DNA of 64,000 nt from NCBI GenBank assembly GCA_032053185.1, contig DAMBVB010000004.1, positions 77,900-141,899 of the forward strand, given 5' to 3'. The notes beneath the pieces are model-generated. The model saw nothing but the letters and a program-made list of their open reading frames with translations, was not told the DNA's origin and ran no database searches. Position 1 is the stretch's first letter. Every line of letters starts with the position of its first letter. The position numbers were made by a program, and so were the translations under genes. The stretch is from Lysinibacillus sp. Its GTDB lineage: Bacteria > Bacillota > Bacilli > Bacillales_A > Planococcaceae. Positions 1 to 8,567 of this stretch are shown here, piece by piece.

Positions 1-625
1 CTTTAGGACCATTCATTTTATGTGCAGAAACACTTAGTAAATCAACGTGTAAATCAGCAACATTAATTGACTCTAAACCATATGCCTGAACAGCATCTGT
101 ATGAAAAATAGCCCTATGTTCACGTAACAAGTCACCAATTGCAGCAATCGGTTGAATCGTACCAACTTCATTATTGCCGTACATAATCGTTACTAAAATT
201 GTATCCTCTCTTAATGCATTTCGCACATCTTCTACAGAAACACGTCCATGTTCATCAACCGGCAAATATGTCACATCAAAGCCATCTCGCTCAAGCTTTT
301 CACAAGTATGTAACACCGCGTGATGTTCAATTTGTGTGGTAATGATATGCTTCCCTTCAGCAGACCGTGCATAAACCGTGCCAAAAATAGCCGTATTATC
401 CGCCTCTGTTCCACCACTTGTTATAATAATTTCCCCTGGTTGAGCACCGATTGATTGGGCAAGTATTTCACGTGCATTATCTAAATATTTACGCGCCTCT
501 CGACCTATCCCATGAATACTTGATGCATTCCCATAAACCTGTTGCATTGCTGTAGTCATAGTTTCTATTACTTTGTCATTCATTGGTGAAGACGCTGCAT
601 GATCGAGATAAATATATGAATTCAT
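1..625 (-). CDS. iscS: Cysteine desulfurase (PLP-dependent NifS/IscS type), N-terminal ~208 codons; the 3' end lies beyond the window edge
   Basis: Own minus-strand translation from ATG 625-623 (AAGGAG upstream): MNSYIYLDHAASSPMNDKVIETMT...PGEIIITSGGTEA...SAHKMNGPK (SxHK PLP-lysine motif). Lies next to cymR as in B. subtilis yrvO-cymR. Confidence 0.85.
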   Translation of the reverse strand, partial: MNSYIYLDHAASSPMNDKVIETMTTAMQQVYGNASSIHGIGREARKYLDNAREILAQSIGAQPGEIIITSGGTEADNTAIFGTVYARSAEGKHIITTQIEHHAVLHTCEKLERDGFDVTYLPVDEHGRVSVEDVRNALREDTILVTIMYGNNEVGTIQPIAAIGDLLREHRAIFHTDAVQAYGLESINVADLHVDLLSVSAHKMNGPK

Positions 626-645
626 GTTGAAAACTCCTTTGTACG

Positions 646-706
646 AAAAGCGCTAAAGATTCGTCTCCCTGCCACAGGGGAAGGAGCTGTGCTTTAGCCT
701 AGACAT
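646..706. repeat. Mosaic repeat, GCGCTAAAG...GCTTTAGCCTAGAC type (type C), short copy
   Basis: It shares both termini with 49855-49970 and lies between the iscS start and the cymR stop. Confidence 0.7.
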
Positions 707-707
707 T

Positions 708-1127
708 TTAAATGTAGAACATATAGCCTTCCGCTACATTTTCCTCAGTATATTGTGCTAAATCCTCAATTGTCGTTGTATCTAATACATTTTTAACAGC
801 ATCACGAATGCGCAGCCATAACTCTCGCTGAGGTGCTTCTTCATTTTCAATACCTTCTACTGGTTGAATTGGACCCTCTAACACACTAATAACATTAGCC
901 GCTGAAATTTCACTTGGTGGATTTGCTAGCATATACCCACCATATGCACCGCGTACACTTTTCACTAAGCCTGAATTACGTAATGGTGAAACTAATTGTT
1001 CCAAGTATGCCTCAGAAAGATCCTTTTCAGCAGCAATTTTGCGTAGTGGAATAGGTCCTTCTCCATAATGCTTTGCTAATTCAATCATAATCGTTAGCCC
1101 ATAACGGCCCTTTGTAGAAATTTTCAT
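708..1127 (-). CDS. cymR: Rrf2-family transcriptional regulator, CymR-like cysteine metabolism repressor
   Basis: The ORF track gives 708..1256; the internal start MKISTKGRYGLTIMIELAKHYGEGPIPLRKIAAEKDLSEAYLEQL is the typical Rrf2 wHTH N-terminus. The upstream 43 codons look non-coding. Confidence 0.85.
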   Translation of the reverse strand: MKISTKGRYGLTIMIELAKHYGEGPIPLRKIAAEKDLSEAYLEQLVSPLRNSGLVKSVRGAYGGYMLANPPSEISAANVISVLEGPIQPVEGIENEEAPQRELWLRIRDAVKNVLDTTTIEDLAQYTEENVAEGYMFYI

Positions 1128-1284
1128 CTTATCACCCTCAATTAGTCTAGTCAAAAATACTACCAACAGTATATCATAATCTCCGCTCGAAGAACTCGGA
1201 AATACACTTAGGAGGTTATGATATACTATTAATTGCGCCTTAGTATAGTGAGGCAAAATACTATGTAACGCTTCATTATAAGCA

Positions 1285-1389
1285 CAAAAAACATTTAGCC
1301 AATCAATTATGCCTTGGCATAATTGCGTCCAGAGGCTCTACCTTCTTTATAGCAGGTGTTTGGACACCCGCTATAATAAGTTAAAAATC
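1285..1389 (+). repeat. Mosaic repeat, palindrome/long-hairpin type (type B)
   Basis: CAATCAATTATGCCTTGGCATAATTGCGTCC, then TTCTTTATAGCAGGTGT-TTGG-ACACCCGCTATAATAAGTTAAAAA. The same termini occur at 3105-2755 (inverted), 10870-11124, 40121-40160, 56963-57065 and 63891-63980. Confidence 0.85.
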
Positions 1390-1419
1390 ATTGAAAATCG
1401 TTGAAAGGGGGAATTTTTA

Positions 1420-2709
1420 ATGCATAATGAACCACTCGCTTATCGCATGCGTCCTTTAACCCTTGATGAAATTGTAGGACACCAAGATTTTATCGGTCCT
1501 AACACCGCTCTTTATAAAATGATTCAACATGAACATGTTCCATCCATGCTGCTATATGGTGAGCCAGGTATCGGCAAAACGTCAATTGCGAATGCCATAG
1601 CAGGTAGCTCAAAGCTCCCCTTTTTCGCGCTTAATGCTACTCGTGCTGGGAAAAAGGACGTCGAGGATATTGTGCAGGAAGCTAGAATCTCAGGAAAAGT
1701 CCTTCTTTTTTTGGATGAGATTCATCGTTTTAATAAATTACAGCAGGATGCTTTGTTGCCACATGTTGAAAACGGCTCAATCGTGTTAATTGGAGCTACG
1801 ACGGAAAATCCGTACCATGATGTTAATCCCGCAATCCGCTCACGTTGCGGAGAAATATTTCAACTAAAACGTTTAACGAAAGAAAATATAATCGAGCTTA
1901 TAAAAAAAGCACTTTCTGATGAAAAGCGCGGGCTAGGTAAACATCAGTTTGCATTTACAGAAAATCAAATTGATCAAATTGCTGAAGCAGCTAATGGTGA
2001 CGCACGGAAGGCATTAACTTTGCTCGAATCAATTTATTATGCAAGTGATGAAGTAGACGGTCAAACAATCGCTGCTGATCATATCATTGAGCATCTTGTA
2101 AGCAGAATTGGCGTTTATGGTGATAAAAAAGGATCCCATTTTTATAATTTGCTATCTGCATTACAAAAATCAGTTCGCGGAAGTGATACGAATGCAGCAT
2201 TGTATTATTTAGCTCATTTATTGGAAACAGGTGATTTAGTAGCTGTTAGTCGACGCTTACTTGTCATGGCTTATGAAGATATTGGTCTTGCCAATCCGGA
2301 TGTAGGAGCGCATATGCTCGCGGCTATACAAGCGGCAGAGCGTTTAGGGCTACCCGAGGCACGTATTCCGCTTGCAAGTGCTGTTATTGAAATGTGCCTT
2401 GCATCTAAATCCAATTCTGCAATTGTTGCGATTGATGCGGCCATTGCCAGCATACATGCAGGAAAAACAGGCGACATTCCACATCATCTACGCGATGCTC
2501 ACTATAAAGGGGCAAAAGATTTAGGTCATGTAGGCTATCAATATCCCCACAACAGCCCTATCGGAACATTTGGTGGATGGGTAAACCAGCAATATTTACC
2601 GGATGAGCTAGTAGACACAGAATTTTATAAACCTGTTATTGCGGGTGAAGAAAAACGAATGGCCAGAATCTACGAAAAGCTTAAATCTTTTCATAAGGAT
2701 GAAAAGTAA
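1420..2709 (+). CDS. rarA: Replication-associated recombination protein A (AAA+ ATPase RarA/MgsA, YrvN)
   Basis: 429 aa. Walker [10 protein letters not shown], Walker [12 protein letters not shown], sensor GATTENP, and a MgsA C-terminal domain. Confidence 0.9.
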   Translation: MHNEPLAYRMRPLTLDEIVGHQDFIGPNTALYKMIQHEHVPSMLLYGEPGIGKTSIANAIAGSSKLPFFALNATRAGKKDVEDIVQEARISGKVLLFLDEIHRFNKLQQDALLPHVENGSIVLIGATTENPYHDVNPAIRSRCGEIFQLKRLTKENIIELIKKALSDEKRGLGKHQFAFTENQIDQIAEAANGDARKALTLLESIYYASDEVDGQTIAADHIIEHLVSRIGVYGDKKGSHFYNLLSALQKSVRGSDTNAALYYLAHLLETGDLVAVSRRLLVMAYEDIGLANPDVGAHMLAAIQAAERLGLPEARIPLASAVIEMCLASKSNSAIVAIDAAIASIHAGKTGDIPHHLRDAHYKGAKDLGHVGYQYPHNSPIGTFGGWVNQQYLPDELVDTEFYKPVIAGEEKRMARIYEKLKSFHKDEK

Positions 2710-2754
2710 TAAGATTACTAAAAAATAAAGTTTTTTCATGAAAATAGGTCACTT

Positions 2755-3105
2755 CAATTTTAACTTCTTTCAACAAATGTTTTATGTAGCGAAAGCACCG
2801 CGTCAGCCTACAAATGTTTTATGTAGCGTAAGTGAAACGGCAGTTATAGAAGTCTCCTACCTCTATAGGTGGTGAGATGAATGCGGTTTTAAGTCCCTCT
2901 TTCCAAACATCCGCTGAAATAGAGGAACTCATTCCAAGAACGCCATATTCTGTGGCAATTTATCTCCAAAAACATCTGTTGCTGTCGCTTCGCTTTCGCA
3001 CAAAAAACATCTGTTGCTGTCGCTTCGCTTTCGCACAAAAAAACATTTGCATGCCCTAGCACAAAGCCGTTCCTGGACGCAATTATGCCGATGCACAATT
3101 GATCA
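2755..3105 (-). repeat. Mosaic repeat type B, long composite copy, inverted relative to 1285-1389
   Basis: Read on the minus strand: CAATTGTGCATCGGCATAATTGCGTCCAGGAACGGCTTTGTGCTAGGGCATGC, then 35-bp units, then a hairpin module, then TGAAAGAAGTTAAAA. Confidence 0.85.
2973..3043. repeat. Tandem 35-bp units (2 copies) centred on GCGAAAGCG
   Basis: CATCTGTTGCTGTCGCTTCGCTTTCGCACAAAAAA starts at 2973 and again at 3008, giving a period of 35. Confidence 0.9.
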
Positions 3106-3281
3106 TTACTACAACGGTCTTCTCACAATACTCTATTAACATTCACAAAAAAATCTGCAATACTTTAAGAACTTGAAACCCAATCACTCTCACAAAGCAG
3201 AGTACTGTAAGGATTGGTGGATCAACCGCATAAAGTAAGCAGATTTTAGATTGCTAGTTTGTTTTAAGAAAATGATTCAAA

Positions 3282-3842
3282 TTATGTCGTAATTCCATTA
3301 TCAACAAATACTTTAAATTGTTGTAAGCATTGTTTGACTGTGCCTTTTTGTTCAAGCACCGCATTTCGTAATGATGATGTTTTCTCTTCATCCCCTACGA
3401 CTTCACGATAGAGTGCAAAAATTGAAGATAATAATTGTTCATTCTCTTCCTGGTCAATGCTAGGTAAAGAATAGGCAGCAATCGTTAATAATTGCTCAAC
3501 TTTTTCAGGTGTTTTTTGCAACTCATTGGATGAATAGTACATTGATGCTGCTAAAAAGTAGCAAAGCTTTGCACAACAATCTATAAACAAATGCCAATAT
3601 GTATTGGCACTTGGTAATTCACCCGCTCTAGTGTCTAAATACTCTTTATAAAATGTTGTAGCTTGTGTATATAAAGGATGTAGTTCTCTCATAGCCTTTG
3701 GATAATTATTAGATGTATCCAAATAGTCAAATACAATATCATTCATTTTCTCTTGAAGTTTTATAATGTCTAAATGATCACGAATTACTTGAATTTCCAT
3801 TTCCCCACTCTCCCCTGTTGTCATTTGTTTTCTAAACGTCAT
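3282..3842 (-). CDS. Hypothetical helical protein with no family recognised; start uncertain (3842 or 3800)
   Basis: Long open frame. GGGGAG lies before ATG 3842 and GGAGAG/GGGGAA before ATG 3800. AT-rich and bounded by repeat elements. Confidence 0.5.
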   Translation of the reverse strand: MTFRKQMTTGESGEMEIQVIRDHLDIIKLQEKMNDIVFDYLDTSNNYPKAMRELHPLYTQATTFYKEYLDTRAGELPSANTYWHLFIDCCAKLCYFLAASMYYSSNELQKTPEKVEQLLTIAAYSLPSIDQEENEQLLSSIFALYREVVGDEEKTSSLRNAVLEQKGTVKQCLQQFKVFVDNGITT

Positions 3843-4013
3843 TCCTACTCCCCTAGGCAGTCCTGCACATCCAAACAAACTTTTTTATTATCTATTGGAA
3901 TTATTAAAATTATAGCAATAAATCAAATAAAGAAGTGGTCACATGAAAAAAATAAGACAATTTAGTGAATTAATAGCATTTTGAGCACCTAAGACGAACA
4001 ATTTTGGTAAAAA

Positions 4014-4397
4014 TTATATCCTTTGTACATAATCATCAAATAAAGATTGCTCTTTCGTTCGATCAACTATTTCTATAATACTTCCTTGAGCATATTTTTT
4101 TATTCTTTTTTGTGGTATGTAAAAATAGGCAGTATTTGTAATTAACCACTCGCTAAGCGTTCGTTCATTAGCTGTTTCATTAGTCAATATACGTTTATGT
4201 CGAAGTATATCTGCCATTTTGTAAAAACCATCTGATAGCTCGTAGGCCGAAACATCAAAATTAAAAATAGGACTAACAACTTGTCCAACATCAAAAATGT
4301 GAATTGTTTTCCCTTCTTCATCAATAGCTAATTCTACTGTGCTAATTTCATCGAATAGATTTAAGCCCGTATATTCCATTTGATAGATTTGCTGCAT
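4014..4397 (-). CDS. Hypothetical 127-aa protein with no family recognised
   Basis: Strong RBS (AAAGGAGG, 7-8 nt before the ATG). Clean ORF in the same orientation as 3282..3842. Confidence 0.6.
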   Translation of the reverse strand: MQQIYQMEYTGLNLFDEISTVELAIDEEGKTIHIFDVGQVVSPIFNFDVSAYELSDGFYKMADILRHKRILTNETANERTLSEWLITNTAYFYIPQKRIKKYAQGSIIEIVDRTKEQSLFDDYVQRI

Positions 4398-4577
4398 AAT
4401 AAAACGCCTCCTTTTAAAGTTCTACAGCAAATGTTGAAGGAGTCATAATGTGTCCCTCCATCATAAATTGTATAGATAATCCTAATAAATATCGTAGACC
4501 CATTTTTTACAACTTCCCTATTGTAACATAGAAAAAGTAGCTGTCTTAAATCGAGACAGCTACTTCCATAAAATGGC

Positions 4578-4606
4578 CCACCACCATAACTGAGGGTGAT
4601 TTTTGT
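4578..4606. repeat. Fragment of the type A arm leader (CACCATAACTGAGGGTGATTTTTGTG)
   Basis: Aligns with CACCATAACTTAGGATTGATTTTTGTT at 18849-18875. Confidence 0.55.
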
Positions 4607-4619
4607 GCCACTTTTATTT

Positions 4620-4703
4620 TTATCGAGAAATTATTTGGGCTTATCGATAAATATTGTTCATTTATCAGTGAAGATTTTAAATTTATCGACATAAAGTTGT
4701 ATT
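4620..4703. repeat. Four direct TTATC(G/A)N repeats at exact 21-bp spacing
   Basis: TTATCGAG at 4620, TTATCGAT at 4641, TTATCAGT at 4662 and TTATCGAC at 4683. Confidence 0.8.
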
Positions 4704-5463
4704 AACCTTGTACACGTGTAATTTTTACATCTTTTAAGATGGTATTCACTACCCAGCTGGCAGCAATTAAGCCTGCCACTGAAGGAACAAAGGCATTGGA
4801 AGATGGAGGCATTTTTGCTTTACGGATAGCTGCATCTGGTTTTCCGACATGCTCTACGACATCTGGACGAACAACAATAGGACTCTCATCAGAGAACACA
4901 ACCGTTACTCCTTTATGAATACCATCCTTTCTTAATTTTGTACGGATTACTTTAGCCAATGGATCCGTATGCGTTTTCGAAATATCTGCGATTTTGAAGC
5001 GAGTTGGATCCATTTTATTGGCTGCACCCATACTTGATATAATTGGAATATTACGCTTTAGACATTCCTTCATAATATGAATTTTATACATCACTGTGTC
5101 ACTTGCATCAATGACATAATCTATGCCCTGTGTGAAAAATTCCTCATATGTTTCCTCCGTGTAAAACATATGCATATCAAGTACTTCACATTCTGGATTA
5201 ATATCAGCAATACGCTCTTTCATGACACCTGACTTAGATTTCCCGACCGTTGAAAGATAGGCAACTAATTGACGATTCACATTCGTAATATCAACATTAT
5301 CCTTATCTACTAAAATAATGCGGCCAATACCACTTCGTGCACATGCCTCAGCAGCAAATGAACCTACACCGCCTACACCAAGAATGGCTACCGTCGTATT
5401 TTTTAATTTTTCGAGTCCCTCTGTTCCTATTGCGAGCTCGTTACGTGAAAATTGATGTAACAT
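4702..5463 (-). CDS. tcdA: tRNA threonylcarbamoyladenosine dehydratase (ThiF/HesA family, YrvM)
   Basis: 253 aa. The Rossmann motif ILGVGGVGSFAAEACARSGIGRIILVDKD plus NVNRQ is typical of TcdA/CsdL. Confidence 0.85.
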   Translation of the reverse strand: MLHQFSRNELAIGTEGLEKLKNTTVAILGVGGVGSFAAEACARSGIGRIILVDKDNVDITNVNRQLVAYLSTVGKSKSGVMKERIADINPECEVLDMHMFYTEETYEEFFTQGIDYVIDASDTVMYKIHIMKECLKRNIPIISSMGAANKMDPTRFKIADISKTHTDPLAKVIRTKLRKDGIHKGVTVVFSDESPIVVRPDVVEHVGKPDAAIRKAKMPPSSNAFVPSVAGLIAASWVVNTILKDVKITRVQG

Positions 5464-5859
5464 TCTTACACTCTCCGTCTATTGAATTTTTATCACGCTT
5501 TAACTGGCAGTCATTTATCTGTACCGAAGACTCCCACCTTAACACTTTAAGGTGGGAGATTCACTGCCCGTAAAAGCCCAATTGTTGAAAACTAATAATC
5601 CGCGCTGGAAAAAAACCGATCACTGATTACTTTATTAGTAAACCTAGTTAAATACTAAGATAAAATCAAACCTATCTTACATTTTATCACGTTATTCATC
5701 AAGTGAAAATTATAACTAAAAAAATTAAGTCTTCCTAATCAAAAGTACGTTTTATGTATGTAAAGGGTACCACAATCGATATGTTCACATTGTTCTTGAA
5801 GTAGAAAATTTAGGGCAATTGAATAAAGGATAATTCAATTGCCTTTAGTCTCATCACTT

Positions 5860-6834
5860 TCATTCCTGTTCATAATTTTTGGAGAAAGTTTTCGCAAAAT
5901 CTGAGCCAAGCTGAGCATTTATTTGCTTAAAAGCTGCAATTACTGCCCCGCCGATTGGTTGTAAGACTGGTGCCATAAAGTGCAATGGTATCTCGTCCAC
6001 TTGTGCGAATTGCTGTAATTTCGGTAAAAAATATGCTTCATTATTAAAAACGCCACCCACCAATACGACAGGTACGTCCCCTTTCTCCCAAGTCATTTGA
6101 GAGTAACATGCTTTAATCGCCACATAATGTTTCTTGCAGGCGTCCTCAATGATCTGGATAGCAATCCGATCTCCTATTTCCGCCACGTCGAAAACATATT
6201 TACTTAACGGTGCAATCACTGTCCGAGGATGCTCTTCTCCATAAATTCGCTCTATTAATTGTGGTACATTTTTTACAGAAAAATAACGTAATACTACATC
6301 TGTCAATGCTGTTGGGTCTCCTCGCCCATCATAGCTTTGAAAAATAGCCTTCAGCCCTTGAATACCTAAATCATAGCCACTGCCCTCATCATCAAAAAGA
6401 TAACCCCAGCCCCCTACTCTATGAAAATGTTGCTCACGATCGTAGCCCATTGTAATAGCGCCTGTCCCTGCAATTTGCACAATACCTGCCTGCCCAAGTG
6501 TGCCTGCATAAAGTGCAATTAGAGCATCATTATCAACAATCACATATGCTGTATTAGGAACATATTGCCGTACTATCGATTCTACAACTTCTTCTGCCTG
6601 TAGCTCCTTAACTCCAGCCATGCCAGCAAAACAACTATCTATGGCTGCAAATACTTGCGGATTTTGCTGTTGCAAATTTTGTAGTATATCATGAATCGTT
6701 GACTTAAAATATTGAATACCCATAGCTGTTGGGTTACTCCGGGTCGTTACTACTTTAGCATAAACATTGCCCAGTTCATCACAAATGACTGCTGACGTTT
6801 TCGTTCCACCACCGTCAATCGCTAATACATACAT
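5860..6834 (-). CDS. BadF/BadG/BcrA/BcrD-type ATPase, N-acetylglucosamine (or MurNAc) kinase-like
   Basis: 324 aa. The N-terminus MYVLAIDGGGTKT is the ASKHA phosphate-1 motif. Located in an amino-sugar context. Confidence 0.75.
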   Translation of the reverse strand: MYVLAIDGGGTKTSAVICDELGNVYAKVVTTRSNPTAMGIQYFKSTIHDILQNLQQQNPQVFAAIDSCFAGMAGVKELQAEEVVESIVRQYVPNTAYVIVDNDALIALYAGTLGQAGIVQIAGTGAITMGYDREQHFHRVGGWGYLFDDEGSGYDLGIQGLKAIFQSYDGRGDPTALTDVVLRYFSVKNVPQLIERIYGEEHPRTVIAPLSKYVFDVAEIGDRIAIQIIEDACKKHYVAIKACYSQMTWEKGDVPVVLVGGVFNNEAYFLPKLQQFAQVDEIPLHFMAPVLQPIGGAVIAAFKQINAQLGSDFAKTFSKNYEQE

Positions 6835-6894
6835 TTCTCTTTGCTCCTTTCTTCTTCATCCATTTCTCCCTAGCTTAATTGTAGTTGTTACTAC

Positions 6895-7407
6895 AAAAAT
6901 ATTGGTAAATCAAGATTAAAAAGGTTCATCATCAAAAGTTGTGGATGACTTTTGTTAAAACGCCTACTATGCAAATAAGTTGATTGTAGCGGAGACTGGG
7001 CGACTCCTTGGGAATTAGCAATAGAGGAACGAAAGCTAAGAGCATCACATCCTGTGATAACTCCTTCGTGACCAACATCGTGTTGGCCCGAGATCCTGGA
7101 GCGAGCACATAGGGGAACGAAGGCTAAAAGCATCACATCCTGTGATAACTCCTTCGTGACCAACATCGTGTTGGCCCGAGACCCTGGAGCGAGCACATAG
7201 GGGAACGAAGGCTAAAAGCATCACGTCCTGTGATAACGCCTTCGTGACCAACATCCTGTTGCCCCAAGCGGCTCATCGGACGCCCCAGGAAGCTCTGCTC
7301 TGCGCGAAAGCGAAGCGTCTAGCGGCAAATGTTTTATCTGTGCGAAAGCGTCAGCAACAAAGCGCCCAGGCGGAACGGAAATCAACCACACGTTTTGTGA
7401 TGAACCA
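6895..7407 (-). repeat. Mosaic repeat, arm type (type A), full-length copy of about 510 bp
   Basis: Arms are GTTGATTGTAGCGGAGACTGGGCGACTCCTTGGG (left) and GCGCCCAGGCGGAACGGAAATCAAC (right). It contains 88-bp tandem units, CGTCCGATGAGCCGCT (reverse complement) and GCGAAAGCG modules. It is near-colinear with 38318-38745 in the opposite orientation. Confidence 0.9.
7026..7258. repeat. Tandem 88-bp units (2 full + 1 partial)
   Basis: GGAACGAAGGCTAAAAGCATCAC... restarts at 7026, 7114 and 7202. Confidence 0.95.
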
Positions 7408-7450
7408 TAAAAAAGGGATTAAGCACTATCTACTAATGGCTTAATCCCTT
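7408..7450 (-). terminator. Intrinsic terminator after the DUF871 gene
   Basis: Minus strand: AGGGATTAAGC-loop-GCTTAATCCCT followed by TTTTTTAT. Confidence 0.75.
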
Positions 7451-7459
7451 CTTCTGTAA

Positions 7460-8542
7460 TCATTTCGTAAAGCCAAATGATGCCCAAGGCTGAATATGTG
7501 CTAATAAAAATTGCTCTTCTTCTACAACTCTTGCCACAACATTTGTAGATCCGGCATTCGGCATTTCCTTTAAAACAATTTGAAGTTCACCCTTATAACG
7601 TACATCTAAATTATTATCGATTGTCACATCCCCCAATTTTAGCGGATGGCGATCATGTGCAGGGAAGTCACCATTTTTATATTTAACACGAGATTGCGTA
7701 CTACGGATAACATAATCCGAAACATCGCCACGATTAAAATGTGGCTCCTTAAAAAGGATGGCTTCTTCTAAAATAGACGTTTCCATACACTGCTCTACTT
7801 TCAGCTCTAGCTTATGGCGATTTAATTGGCCTAATGCACGTATTTCTTCATCAGAAGCATACATATTGCCGATAATACAATCATCTATTAAACCAGTGTG
7901 CCATAAATCCTTTGCTTGCACAGTAATTGGCAGATGCCGATGCTCTTCTAATGTAGGCAACCCATGCTCGGTTTCTTCCCAAGGTCCGAACTTAGCATGC
8001 TGCGATGAAATCATGGCTGCTGTTCGAAGATGATTTGTTTTAAATTGTTGAGATGTTTGTAAAAAATGTTGACGTGATAGACCTGTGAAACATCTCGGAT
8101 AAAAATTATGACAACCCATTATATTATCTTTATTCGGTTGATAGGATACTATATTTTCTACATACTTAGTACCGTTACTAATATTTAATTCTATTTTTAA
8201 ATTACTGGCATCGAGAGACATAAACGCTTCTTCTTGGCCAGAAAAACCCATATCTAGGCGCAATGCTGCTAAATGATAATGCTCCTTAAAATAACCAATA
8301 TCTTTATACGTTAAGCCTAAATCTTCAAAAACAGCAGGTGCAATATCAGCAGAAATTTCAAAGCCCAGTTGCTGCGCAAATTTATTTATTTGCTGTAATT
8401 TTTGTCGTTCCTGATCGTTATTTAACGACATAAGACATGTAAATATTCGATCAAAACCGTTATCATGAGCGAGCTGAACATACCGCTTCATATCTTCTAA
8501 TGTACTATGCTGAGGATATAGTGAAATCCCTAACCTTCTCAA
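7460..8542 (-). CDS. DUF871 protein (MupG-like 6-phospho-N-acetylmuramidase family)
   Basis: 360 aa. The N-terminus MRRLGISLYPQHSTLEDMKRYVQLAHDNGFDRIFTCL is typical of DUF871. Directly downstream of a PTS EIIC gene. Confidence 0.7.
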   Translation of the reverse strand: MRRLGISLYPQHSTLEDMKRYVQLAHDNGFDRIFTCLMSLNNDQERQKLQQINKFAQQLGFEISADIAPAVFEDLGLTYKDIGYFKEHYHLAALRLDMGFSGQEEAFMSLDASNLKIELNISNGTKYVENIVSYQPNKDNIMGCHNFYPRCFTGLSRQHFLQTSQQFKTNHLRTAAMISSQHAKFGPWEETEHGLPTLEEHRHLPITVQAKDLWHTGLIDDCIIGNMYASDEEIRALGQLNRHKLELKVEQCMETSILEEAILFKEPHFNRGDVSDYVIRSTQSRVKYKNGDFPAHDRHPLKLGDVTIDNNLDVRYKGELQIVLKEMPNAGSTNVVARVVEEEQFLLAHIQPWASFGFTK

Positions 8543-8567
8543 TTCAAATACCTCCGTTAGCTCACAA

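Noticed and set aside
1314-1328. TTGGCATAATTGCG looks like a sigma-54 promoter (TGGCA ... TTGC).
   Set aside because: The GG-to-GC spacing is 9 nt instead of the required 12. The motif is better explained as half of the ATTATGCC-TT-GGCATAAT palindrome.
4620-4703. The TTATCGA array considered as a chromosomal replication origin or bona fide DnaA-box cluster.
   Set aside because: Only one of the four boxes is within one mismatch of TTATCCACA. There is no AT-rich unwinding element, DnaA-trio or dnaA/dnaN context. It is kept as a finding only as a phased repeat of unknown function.
6891-7254. ORF-track peptides lying inside repeats: 6891..7196, 7045..7254, 7244..7444, 38273..38506, 38466..38870, 2877..3059, 2889..3098, 10761..11033, 10821..11057 and 10894..11148.
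   Set aside because: They exist only because the repeats are GC-rich and stop-poor. They lack RBSs, several use non-ATG starts, and they overlap each other on both strands. Their similarity (MLAPGSRANTMLVTK...) simply mirrors the DNA repeat.
7026-7258. Tandem 88-bp repeats (and the 35-bp arrays at 2973-3043 and 10927-11030) considered as CRISPR arrays.
   Set aside because: The units are directly adjacent with no unique spacers. The 88-bp period is far longer than a CRISPR repeat. No cas genes or leader are present in the window.
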